A stretch of DNA of 33,205 nucleotides from Octopus sinensis (GCF_006345805.1 NW_021829643.1:1-33205), one strand, 5' to 3'. Numbered from the stretch's first letter, positions 11,991 to 23,289 are shown. Numbers and translations are program-made. Notes: generated by a model from the letters alone, not told the origin.

Positions 11991-12204
11991 TACATTCCTG
12001 AAGATTTCTCTTGAATGAAACAGTTCTAGTCCTGTAGAAGCTCCTTCTATATAATAAATTATATATGTATATATATATATATATATATAATATATGTTAT
12101 TATTATGGATTGCTGTCTATATTTGTATTGTATAAATATGCAACATAGAGACATACAAACGCACTTACATATATACAAAGATACATTTATTCAGAGAAGG
12201 ACAC

Positions 12205-12246
<42 letters not shown>

Positions 12247-12654
12247 TATATATATATACATACATACATTTTATACATACTTTCTTACAAACAAACACAA
12301 ATATATACGAGTGATTGTTAAGTGCGTAACTTGTGTTATCTTAAGCTTGAATATACATTCGAATTTCGCAAAAATAAATAAATGAATAAAACGAAAGATT
12401 GTAAATATTTTATCTTGAAATATATAAACTTACCATTTCATTTTTATTAATCTTTTGGTTTTTTTATAAATACAGTAGCAAGATAAAATAATCTGCGAGA
12501 ACAAAAGTCATCCAGCGTTGAAGATGTCACACGGATTTCAATGCTAAACATATTTGAGAGCAAAAAAAATTTCAATAGAATTGTCTTTGGTCTTAGAATG
12601 ATCCAGAAGTTTTCATTTTCATCCGTGGTAGACATATTCATATTGGCTGTTCTT

Positions 12655-12851
12655 GCATACCATTATACATATCCATACACAACCTTATTGAGTTACTTCG
12701 TATTAACACTCCTATATGTATGCATATCTAAAGATTACTATGTATGTGTGTATGCATCGCTGTCTCTAAGCACCTATCCTGAAAGAATTATACGTTTCCC
12801 AACTGATATACGTACATAAATGCGTACATATGAAAGCATTCTATTCAGTTT
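12655..12851 (-). repeat. Right arm of 197-bp inverted repeat
   Basis: See 10969-11165. Confidence 0.95.
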
Positions 12852-12969
12852 TGGCAACTGATTAGTGTTAGATATTTACAGTTATCGCATGAATCGAAGT
12901 GTGTATAGATACACATATAAACGCATGCGCAGGCATCCTTCAGGTATACATACGCAGGTACATTTTCTT

Positions 12970-13026
<57 letters not shown>

Positions 13027-13192
13027 AGGCGCAAGAGTGGCTGTGTGTTAAGTAGCGTGCTTACCAACCACATGGTTCCGGGTTCAATCCCACTGCGTGG
13101 CACCTTGGGCAAGTGCTTTCTACTATAGCCTCGGGCCGACCAAAGCTAAGTGAGTGGATTTGGTGGACGGAAGCTGAAGGAGTCCCATCTTA

Positions 13193-13236
<44 letters not shown>

Positions 13237-13492
13237 ATTATATATATATATATGTGTGTGTGTGTGCGTGTGTGTGTGTGTGTGTGCATATGTTTGTGTG
13301 TCTGTGTTTGTTCCCCCAACATCGCTTGACAACCGATGGTGGTGTGTTTACGCTCCCGTAACTTAGCGTTTCGGCAAAAGAGACCGATTGAATAAGTATT
13401 AGGCTTCCAAAGAATAAGTCCTAGGGGCGAATTGCTCTACTAAAGGCGGTGCTCCTGCATGGCTGCAGTCAAATGATTGAAACGAGTAAAAT
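13027..13492 (+). mobile_element. SINE-A, full length
   Basis: Head, (TA)n(TG)n linker, 3' module; preceded by (TATC)n. Confidence 0.92.
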
Positions 13493-13520
13493 ACTATCTG
13501 TCTGTCTGTCTGTCTATCTA

Positions 13521-15857
13521 ACAACAAATGGTGGTTTGCCCTCAAGAGAGTAGTAAAAGCAGAAGCGATTAGGTACAGCAAAGCACTAGCCATAGATAGA
13601 AATAGAGTAGAGGGTGAGCTAGTTAAGAAGCTAGAAGAGGCAATTAGAAGCGGCATCGCATCCGACGTTTTGGCGGCGAGGTTGGCCCTTGACCAACACT
13701 TCAACGCCAAACACGAAGGGTGTGCTGTCAGAGCTAGGATGCGTGCTCTAAGGAACGAAGGTGTTGGAGCCGCGAGAGAGGCCCGGGTGACAGAGGCGCA
13801 ATAGGGCAACAAAGCCACCATTCGATCTCTGGTAGATGAACAAGGGCGCGAATTGCTCAAGCCAAGTAAAATGTGTGAGGCCTTTCAACAGCATTTTGCC
13901 CGACTGTTCGGGACGAGTGGCGGGCAAGAACGTAGGGTGGACTTCAGTGCCTACCTACACAGCCTACCACGACTCTCGACAAGAGAGGCAGGGTGCTGCG
14001 AGGGTGCCATCACGGCGGCTGAAGTGCAGGACGTGATGGCAGAATGCTCGAGGGACAAATCGCCGGGTTTGAATGGTCTACCCTACGAGCTTTACAGTTG
14101 TATGCCAGACTTGTTTGGCGACGTCTTGGCAGCGGTGTACTGCAACTGGCAGCAAAACGGTAGCATTCCTGGTTTTGTGAGCCGAGGAGCCGTAACACTG
14201 CTGAAGAAAGATCTAAACAAGGGAAATGTAATAGATAACTTTAGGCCCATCACTCTGCTTAATGCAGACTTGAAAATTTTGGCCAAGGTTTTAGCCAAGA
14301 GGTTGGCCCTTGTCATCGAGAAACTGGTCGACAAGGCGCAAACGTGCGCCGTGCCGGGCCGGACCATCCATGACAACCTCCACCTGATGCGCTACATCAT
14401 AGACAGGGTAGTTAACGAACCTGGCATGGGTGGGGCGCTGATCAATTTGGATCAATCGAAAGCTTTCGATAGGGTAGACCATCGATACTTAGAGGCAGTC
14501 CTCAGAGCGGCTGGTTTCGGTCCCGTCTTCCGCGGCTGGATAGCCGCTTTGTACAGAGGCATCCGTTCGGTAATTCGCGTAAATGGACATCTATCGAGAC
14601 CTTTCGACATCGCACGTTCGGTCCGTCAGGGATGCCCCCTCTCGTCGCTTCTATACGTATTGACTCTCGAGCCACTACTGCGGAACGTGGCGACTCTGAG
14701 GGGCATCCCGCGAGAACTGGGATGCGGGACGAGCGTGTCTGCATACGCGGACGACGTCACCGTCATAGTGTCTAGCCACGAGCACATCGAGCAGGTCGGC
14801 GAGACACTGAAAAACTACGAAGCGGTGACAGGGGCAAAAATCAACCGGGAAAAGTCAGTGGACTTGCGACTAGGTACCTGGAGAAGCAAGCCCATGCTGT
14901 CCACCAGCGCCTCCGTTGTGGGACGCTGGACCGACGGTCCGGTCGAGTTGCTCGGGGTCTGGTTCGGTCCGGACCTCCAAATGGAGAAGAACTGGAACGA
15001 GATAACGAGTAGGGTGGTCACTCTCGCCCGGCAATGGGCCGAGAGGAAACTGTCCCTAAAAGGTCGGGCGGAGGTGGCGAACACGTACATCGCGTCCGTT
15101 ATCTTCTACCGCCTGACCGTCGTGCCTTGTCCCGACCCTACAATCACCAAACTAGAACGCATTCTCTTTCGCTTCTTGTGGAAAGAATGCGTCCCGATGG
15201 TCAGGCGATCCATTTGCTGTCAACACCCGTTAAAAGGAGGACTGTGCATGCCGTGGTTGATGATGCGCAGACACGCGCTGAGACTGCGACATCTCAGGCT
15301 CTCTGGTCAACATCTCATCAACTTCTTCAAGTACCACTTGAAAAGGAAAGTGAGAGTAGAGAGGCAAGTTTTGTCTAGCGAACGTTTTAAAAAAAGATGG
15401 GTGAATGTAGCAAGGATGGCACGTATGAATGACGAAGCCACCTATGAACCCAGAAATTGAAAATGGAGGCTTACCCACTTGCAAACAAATGTGGTAACAT
15501 ATAACAATATTGACCAAGGTTACCGTGGTCTTTCTCGTAGGCTTTTCTTCCCACGGATAAACCTTACTTGCTTTCCCCTTTACACCATACATCAGGACAC
15601 TGATACACGATCCCTATTGATCGTTTTCTTTTCCTCTTCCCCTTTTTTCCTCTTTTTTCTTCTTTTTCATTTTTCTTTTCCTTTGTTCCTTTTCCCATTT
15701 TTCTTTTTTTCTTTTCCTTTTTTTGTTCTTTTTTCCCTTTTACGATCCCTTTTGATCGAAAACCTGCGCCACCCTTTTTTTTTCATCCCCCAAAAGAAAA
15801 GCTCTACCTTGTAACTTGTCCCATCTGTGTGCAGCCCTGTGTGGCCAATAAAGAAAC
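13521..15857 (+). mobile_element. Tx1/L1-clade non-LTR retrotransposon, 5'-truncated and internally deleted
   Basis: GC-rich ORF2 remnant, pyrimidine-rich 3' UTR, AATAAA at 15847-15852, then (TATC)n. Confidence 0.9.
13523..15460 (+). pseudogene. ORF2 remnant: post-endonuclease linker, reverse transcriptase and C-terminal tip (no APE endonuclease, no start codon)
   Basis: Frame opens at NKWWFALKRVVK...GCAVRAR, with one in-frame TAG at 13802-13804. Motifs KSPGLNGLPYELY, FRPITLLNADLKILAK, LDQSKAFDRV, RQGCPLS, YADD (14744-14755), LSLKGRAEVAN and GGLCMP are typical of Tx1/L1 ORF2. Confidence 0.92.
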
Positions 15858-15951
<94 letters not shown>

Positions 15952-16020
15952 GTCTGTCTGTCTGTCTCTCTGTCTCTATCTATATGTCTGTCTGTCTGTC
16001 TGCCTCTCTCTCTCTCTCTC
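15858..16020. repeat. (TATC)n-(TGTC)n-(TC)n array at the LINE 3' end
   Basis: Direct reading. Confidence 0.95.
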
Positions 16021-16050
16021 TCGATCTATCTGTCTGTCGGTCTGTCTATT

Positions 16051-16130
16051 GAAGGCGCGTGGCTCAATGGTTAGGGTGTTCGGCTAACAACCGTAATGTA
16101 GTCAGTTCGATAGCCGGCGGTGATTTGTGT
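16051..16130 (+). mobile_element. Truncated tRNA-derived SINE head (SINE-D-like)
   Basis: GAAGGCGCGTGGCTCAATGGTTAG...AGTTCGAT resembles the head at 25468-25400. Confidence 0.55.
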
Positions 16131-16256
16131 CCTCTCTGTCACAATCCAGACATCTCTCGGGTCATGTTTGTTCAAACTACGTGTAGGCACAATGTTTCGC
16201 TGATGAACTCTGATAAGATTGAAACACATTCGGAAGATAGATAGATAGATAGATAT

Positions 16257-16702
16257 GTTTCTTTATTAGTCACACAGGGCTGAACACAGAGGGGACAAAT
16301 TACAAAGTAGAGCTTTTCTTTTGGGGGAGAAAAAAAAGGGGGGGTAGGTTTTCGATGAAAAGGGATCGTAAAAAAAAGAAAGAAAAAAGAAAAAACGATC
16401 AATAGGGCTCGTGTATCACAGAAATGTCATGATGTAATGTGTAGAGGGGGAAACAGATAAGGTTTATCCATGGAAAGAAAAGCCTACCGAAAAGACCACG
16501 GTAACCTCGGTCAATAATGTCACAGGTTAACACATTTATTTGCAAGTAAGTAACCTCTGTTTTAAATTTTTCCGGGTTCATATGATTATGCTCAAAGTGG
16601 CTTCGTCATTCATACATGCCATCCTTGCTACATTCACCCATTTTTATTTGAAACATTCGCTAGACAAAACTCGCATCTCTACTCTCACTTTCCTTTTCAA
16701 GT

Positions 16703-16703
<1 letters not shown>
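16257..16703 (-). mobile_element. Second Tx1 copy: last codons of ORF2 plus 3' UTR, heavily 5'-truncated
   Basis: Reverse complement aligns to 15335-15857; encodes HLKRKVRVE...WVNVARM...NDEATLSIII*; ends AATAAAGAAAC; (GATA)n on both sides. Confidence 0.9.
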
Positions 16704-16738
<35 letters not shown>

Positions 16739-17464
16739 TAGTCTTCACTACACTTTATAATATATGGATATGCGTATGAAGATTGTGAGCCTCATAGTGT
16801 GTTTGTGTGATTAGTTTGTTGAAAGATCACTGAATATTTCATCTTCAACAAATGTATATCAATGTATTTTGGGAAAAATGATTTAACCTGTCTCACTGTT
16901 TTTTTTTTCTTTTGGTACGTCTAGCAGATCTCATTTTGTAGAAGGAATTCGACTCAGACCTCATATGTGTGGTTAATCTTTTCCCTTTCTCTCACCAGCC
17001 ACAAAAAATTGAAAACTGGATGGTTATTAGTCGCATTCTTCCTACTGTGACTAAGACGTTAAAAAAGAGATCTTGAGTCAAACATATGTGTCATCTCCTT
17101 CTAAACTATACATAACTGAAAATGTAGCTTGTAGTGCAAGCGAAAGCAACGTTTGTTAATCTTTCATCTTTATTTCAGTTTATATTCGTATATATATATC
17201 AGAACTTCATCGTTAAGACATAAGTTCTTATTATGGACGTATACCACCGAATATTCGAATGATGATTCAGAATTCCATTCTAGCAGCTTCTTGAAATTAT
17301 AATTTATAATAGAAGTAGTATATTCATAAGTTAAATTATTACGTCTAATCTATTCATTTATCGAAATGTCATTTTGTCACATTTTTCGTCATATTTCACT
17401 TTGGTTCTCAATCAGGGAGTTGTGAATATTGATATTAAGTCTTTCATTGGCTATACAATAACAT

Positions 17465-17727
<263 letters not shown>

Positions 17728-18351
17728 GCCTAACTCTGCCTATCTCTCCTCTCCCTTCTCTGCCTCCTCTTCCCTCTCTGTCTCTTTGTCTGTCTGTCTG
17801 TCTCTTTTCTCTCTCTATATATATACACAAACACACCACCTATATGTGTGTATGTATATGTGTGACCGTGTGTGTGTGTCGCTCTCTTTATATACGCATA
17901 CATACATGAACATACATATAATCATGTATATATGTATATAAAATGTGAGAAGTGAGAAATGTGGAAGAGAAAGAAAGAGAAAGAAAGAAATAAAGAGAGG
18001 GGGAGAAATTTTTCATAATATCTCCAAAGAAAAATAAGATAGTCAGGAAGTTGGAAGATGGCAAAACAAAGAAAAACCTGACTATGATATTAATATAAAG
18101 CAAAGCAATCGCATTCAAGACACTACTCTCATCGATGACAACAATTATACCGTTTCTTTACTAACCGCGTAATATATATGATCTTTACAGTATGTGTCGT
18201 GTACTCAGGGGAAATTTATTCCGAACCTTCTTGTTGCCACTCGAAAACACCTTTACAAACAAGTTCGCTATTGATCTGTTTGTCGCTGTTTATTGTGCTT
18301 CTTGTTATATCCGCGTAGGTTTTTGTTGATCTCTGTTATTATTTGCCTCCT

Positions 18352-18504
<153 letters not shown>

Positions 18505-18598
18505 TTTACGTCGAGAATTCAAAAGCAATTGATCTTAACACTGTTGTGTTTTTTTTTAATATTCGCTCAAGATTCTTAAGAAGATTATTAGTATGTGG

Positions 18599-18960
<362 letters not shown>

Positions 18961-19185
18961 CTAACTAGGTATCTAGAGTGTTAGATTTACACCAATCAGA
19001 CTAAACACAGAGCAAATTAACCAAACACACATGCCACAGAAACATATACATAGGTATAAATATACACAGTCATCCTCCTTCACATACATGTACACAGAAA
19101 ACAAAACATATAAGGTTACTTATGTGAATGCACCAAATGGCAATTGCTAAAAAGCATTCGTGAGGTAAAATCAAGTAGCAACACC

Positions 19186-19249
19186 GAATGGCGGTGCTCC
19201 AGCATGGCCACAGCTCGTGAGCTGAAACTAGATAGAATAAAATAAAATA

Positions 19250-19250
<1 letters not shown>
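19186..19250 (+). mobile_element. SINE-A-type 3' tail fragment
   Basis: GGCGGTGCTCCAGCATGGCCACAG...CTGAAAC. Confidence 0.65.
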
Positions 19251-19300
<50 letters not shown>

Positions 19301-19999
19301 GCATATATATATATACATAGTTGAAATTTATATATATATGTACACGCATACGTTAGTTTATGTCGGGCAAATGAAAGCGGAGAGATTGTTCAATACATGG
19401 CGTTGAGAATATGCAGTTTCAAATTCAAATTGAGAGTTGTAACGAGTTCTTGCCTGAAGATCGCAATGACGTGAAACTCGAGTCACAAGAAACGCACTTA
19501 CTTTCAATAAAAATAAAACTATTAGCGCGCACACACACACACTCACAAACACCCCCGCATCAAATATGATTAAAGACAATCATTTATAATGCAGCGAAGC
19601 AACAACTGGTTAAACCTCCAAGTCAATGTCGACAGAATTATAGTGTACACATAAATATACACACACACAAAACAAAAATGCTTACAACCCCAACATACCT
19701 CTCTTCCTATAAGAACAATGTGTAATATCTTACCATGTATATGTGCACGCATACATATACACACACATATAGGAATATATATGACTATGGGTATTTATAT
19801 ATCAGTATGTAGTGTATATATATGTTATATTCAAACATATATACACTACATAAATATATCTGAAAGCAATTATAAATACACAGCTATACACATGCGCTCG
19901 GTATCCGTTCATACAAAATGCCAAGTTTATATCTACATACACGCACACGTATATGTCTATATACATACAAACATCTCTCTCTCTCCCTGTCTCTCTGTA

Positions 20000-20011
20000 T
20001 AGTTATATATA

Positions 20012-20043
<32 letters not shown>

Positions 20044-20121
20044 CTATATATATAATATATATATATAATATATATATTATATACATATATAGATATATAT
20101 ATAATATATATATATATACAT

Positions 20122-20154
<33 letters not shown>

Positions 20155-20207
20155 TAATACTAAATAATATATATATATATATTATATATATATATATATA
20201 ACATATC

Positions 20208-20260
<53 letters not shown>

Positions 20261-20300
20261 TATATGTATGTATTCATATATATGTATTCATATATATATA
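20000..20300. repeat. Long interrupted (TA)n
   Basis: Direct reading. Confidence 0.95.
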
Positions 20301-20977
20301 TGTATTCATAAATTCAGCTGGGTCTTTATGATGTACATCGTTTCTTTGCATTTTATGCTCCTCGAACTGCCGATATTGTTTGGCGAAACGTCTATTTATA
20401 TTAATAGTCGCCTGTAAAGGATGAAGCTTCAAGCCTCCCGGGAGTAGTTAGAGAATAGATCAACAACACGCTTGTCTTTGAGGTCTCAGCAATGGTTGTA
20501 CAGGGATCTCTAATGAAATCAATGATATTGATGATTGCACATTATGTTGTTGGTGGTGGCAAGACCTTAACAAATGTTACACACACACATACACGCACAC
20601 ATACATATAGTCAAATACACCCACGTACATGCACACATATATGTATATATCATAGGTGCGCTACAATTTCTGTGTCTAACAGTAAAGTGCTTTGTCTATG
20701 CGAACAAAATTTTTCATCACTGGTTTGTATACTTGTATGCTGCTCTGTAATTTAATCCAGACTTACGTTTACTGGGATGGAATGAATAATATCAATACTC
20801 AGTGTATCAGAGTATGCGAAGCAGAAAACATGGGATGGATTTGATTAGATGTATGTGTGTGTGTATTCATATGTATATATATATATAATATATAGTGTGT
20901 GTGTGTGTCTGCTTGCACATGTACGTATGTATGTATGTGTGTGTGTGTGGGGGGGGTGCATGTGTATGTGTATATAC

Positions 20978-21048
20978 GGGCGTATAGAGTAGCGGTTAAG
21001 AGCGCGGGCTAATAACCCCAAGATTCCGAGTTCGATTCCAGTCAGTGA

Positions 21049-21051
<3 letters not shown>
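20978..21051 (+). mobile_element. tRNA-Ile(AAT)-like sequence followed by (AAT)n: simple SINE or tRNA pseudogene
   Basis: GGTTAAGAGCGCGGGCTAATAACCCCAAGATTCCGAGTTCGATTCC parallels eukaryotic tRNA-Ile(AAT); the acceptor stem does not pair. Confidence 0.65.
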
Positions 21052-21111
<60 letters not shown>

Positions 21112-21115
21112 GATG

Positions 21116-21147
<32 letters not shown>

Positions 21148-21154
21148 AATAATA

Positions 21155-21198
<44 letters not shown>

Positions 21199-21798
21199 AT
21201 GCCCTGATGCAGTACCAGGATGCCCTGATGCAGTACCAGGGTATGCCCTGATGCAGTACCAGGCAGTGGCTCTCATGGCTTCTGATCTTAACTGATTGGA
21301 AGTGTTATCATGTACATTGTTCTGTCTTGGTATAAAAGATGGGCTACAGCAAATATTCTGCTCAATACCACAGATTTGCTTGTCAGTTGTTTGACCGTAA
21401 CCAGTTGAGCATATCCCTTAGTGGCTGACGATATGTGCATCTCTGATCACGAGCAGAAGTAGTGGGGGAGCATCATAGCCATGTGTTGAGAGGGATTCTT
21501 TGGGGTTTGAATAATTCACCTCTGGAGACATGGGTGGTTTTTTCAACATTCTTAAACAACCCTTATTCAGGGACCGTTTGAGCGGGATGGGCTACTCAGC
21601 CTGAAAAAAATTCTAACTGGGCCCCACCTGCAAGGTCATGTGCAGTTTATCTTGATATGAAATCACTATGTCGCGCACATATGGTTGTGATGCATGTGCC
21701 TGGTGTGCCCTTATCAGACGGGTAGTCATGATGGGTATATTGGGCTTCGTATATTTTACTCCAGTGTCACTTTGATGGCATGAACTGGTCTCTCACTC
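21199..21798 (+). mobile_element. Unclassified ~600-bp interspersed repeat embedded in (AAT)n
   Basis: Balanced-composition island with (AAT)n on both sides and three tandem 21-mers at the left end; recalled as a common octopus repeat (not verified); strand inferred from the (AAT)n tail. Confidence 0.5.
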
Positions 21799-21808
21799 AA
21801 TAATAATG

Positions 21809-21865
<57 letters not shown>

Positions 21866-21904
21866 TAATAATAATAATAATAATGATAATAATAATAATA
21901 ATTA

Positions 21905-22041
21905 TAACATCGAAAAATACCTTAGGAATGAGAACCCAGGTTCGACATTTTCCCAAGACACCTGCTGAAGGCTGGAGGGCATATCAGCCGAAACATTGTG
22001 TTAACAACAATCAAGATGCGGACAAATATCCATCAAATGTA
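21905..22041 (+). mobile_element. Penelope-like pseudo-LTR fragment with a degenerate hammerhead motif
   Basis: GACAC-CTGCTGA-A-GGCTG..CAGCC-GAA-ACAT-T-GTGTT at 21957-22002. Confidence 0.6.
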
Positions 22042-22329
22042 TGTATATATATATTCGAATTTTTTTTTCTTCCAGTGGCAATAATGCATATGACTTGAGA
22101 TATTTGCCTTGCCTTAACGTTTGTTGTCCTCTTTAACAGTTATATATCCGCAATATCGGAAATCTGCAATGGCTCCATAACTACCGTCTCGGCTATGACC
22201 ATGGAGCCCTAGTAATCCGTTACAGCACTTACCTAGCGTAGCTAATCGTTTGGATCACCTGTGAAGTAAATCCTAATGTTGTGTATGCATGTATATATAT
22301 ATATGTGTGTGTGCGATTGTATGTATATA

Positions 22330-22349
22330 TGTATGTATATTTATATGTG

Positions 22350-22398
<49 letters not shown>

Positions 22399-22409
22399 TT
22401 ATATATATC

Positions 22410-22477
<68 letters not shown>

Positions 22478-22500
22478 GATAAGGACATATATATATATAT
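22330..22500. repeat. (TA)n microsatellite
   Basis: Direct reading. Confidence 0.95.
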
Positions 22501-22841
22501 AGGGAGAGTTTACGAAAAACAAAGACGAAGACAGTGGTGTTCAAAACAAACAGATGTATTAGTATAACGCTCAGGAATAGAAAAATGTATATATATATGT
22601 ACATATACACACGCATATGTGTACATGCATACATACTTAAACATGTAAAGTTATATGTGCAGGTGTGTGTATACCTAGTTTTTGTTTATTTTGAGGTAGA
22701 CTAACATAAAATTTTCAATTATATTTCATGTTGCAAGTTTGTAGAGTAATATATATCATAGATGTGTTATGTTATGTCATATAAACAATGAACTCTCAAT
22801 CGAGGAATTTACTTTCTGCAGAGCCACAGAGCATTAACATA

Positions 22842-23289
22842 TCTATACCTATAAAGCTGAAGTTGTCTGTATGTGTGTGTGTGTGTGGCAGGTTAGGTAG
22901 CCTTCAACTAACACCTTCTTCTCCGAGACCTTGCGGCGCAAGGTGACCAAAATCGAGAGCATGATAGAAGAAGGCTTGCTCTTCATGCCGTAGAAGAAAA
23001 AATTCAAATCGGACCATGTTAAGACAAAAAATTATTTACATCAAAAAGGTGCTTTTGTCTATGAAAATCCCTATATTTTACGATATTTTTACTGCTGTGT
23101 CGCCATTTTTCGGTGTATTTCAACCAGAAAGATGTTCACTTTAAGAGTCTAACAAGCTACATAATGCAATTTTTTTACTTTTCAAAAAAGATTGAATCTA
23201 TGTCAAGACTTTGTTAACGCGACATCAAAGTCTGCCATTTTAAGCGCAACTAAAAAATAAACCCGAGCAACGCCGGGCTATAGTGCTAG
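22842..23289 (+). mobile_element. Non-autonomous Helitron (448 bp)
   Basis: 5' TC, 3' CTAG, GC hairpin CCCGAGCAACGCCGGG at 23262-23277 located 8 nt before CTAG, inserted between A (22841) and T (23290), internal (GT)n near the 5' end. Confidence 0.8.

Noticed and set aside
13399-15378. Antisense and alternate-frame ORFs overlapping the RT
   Set aside because: Expected shadows of a GC-rich coding frame; no independent motifs.
13853-15460. 535-aa ORF as an intact, expressed or domesticated RT gene
   Set aside because: The start is an arbitrary TTG after an in-frame stop; homology continues upstream to 13523, the endonuclease is missing and conserved residues are mutated.
16980-17080. Possible host exon after TTCCCTTTCTCTCACCAG (16999)
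   Set aside because: Short frames ending in stops, with no donor site or homology evidence.
20360-20395. GCC..GGC-GAAACGTC resembling a second hammerhead
   Set aside because: No CTGANGA at the correct position and no stem I.
21199-21263. Three 21-nt direct repeats as a CRISPR-like array
   Set aside because: Spacers are 0 and 2 nt, the context is eukaryotic, and there are no cas genes.
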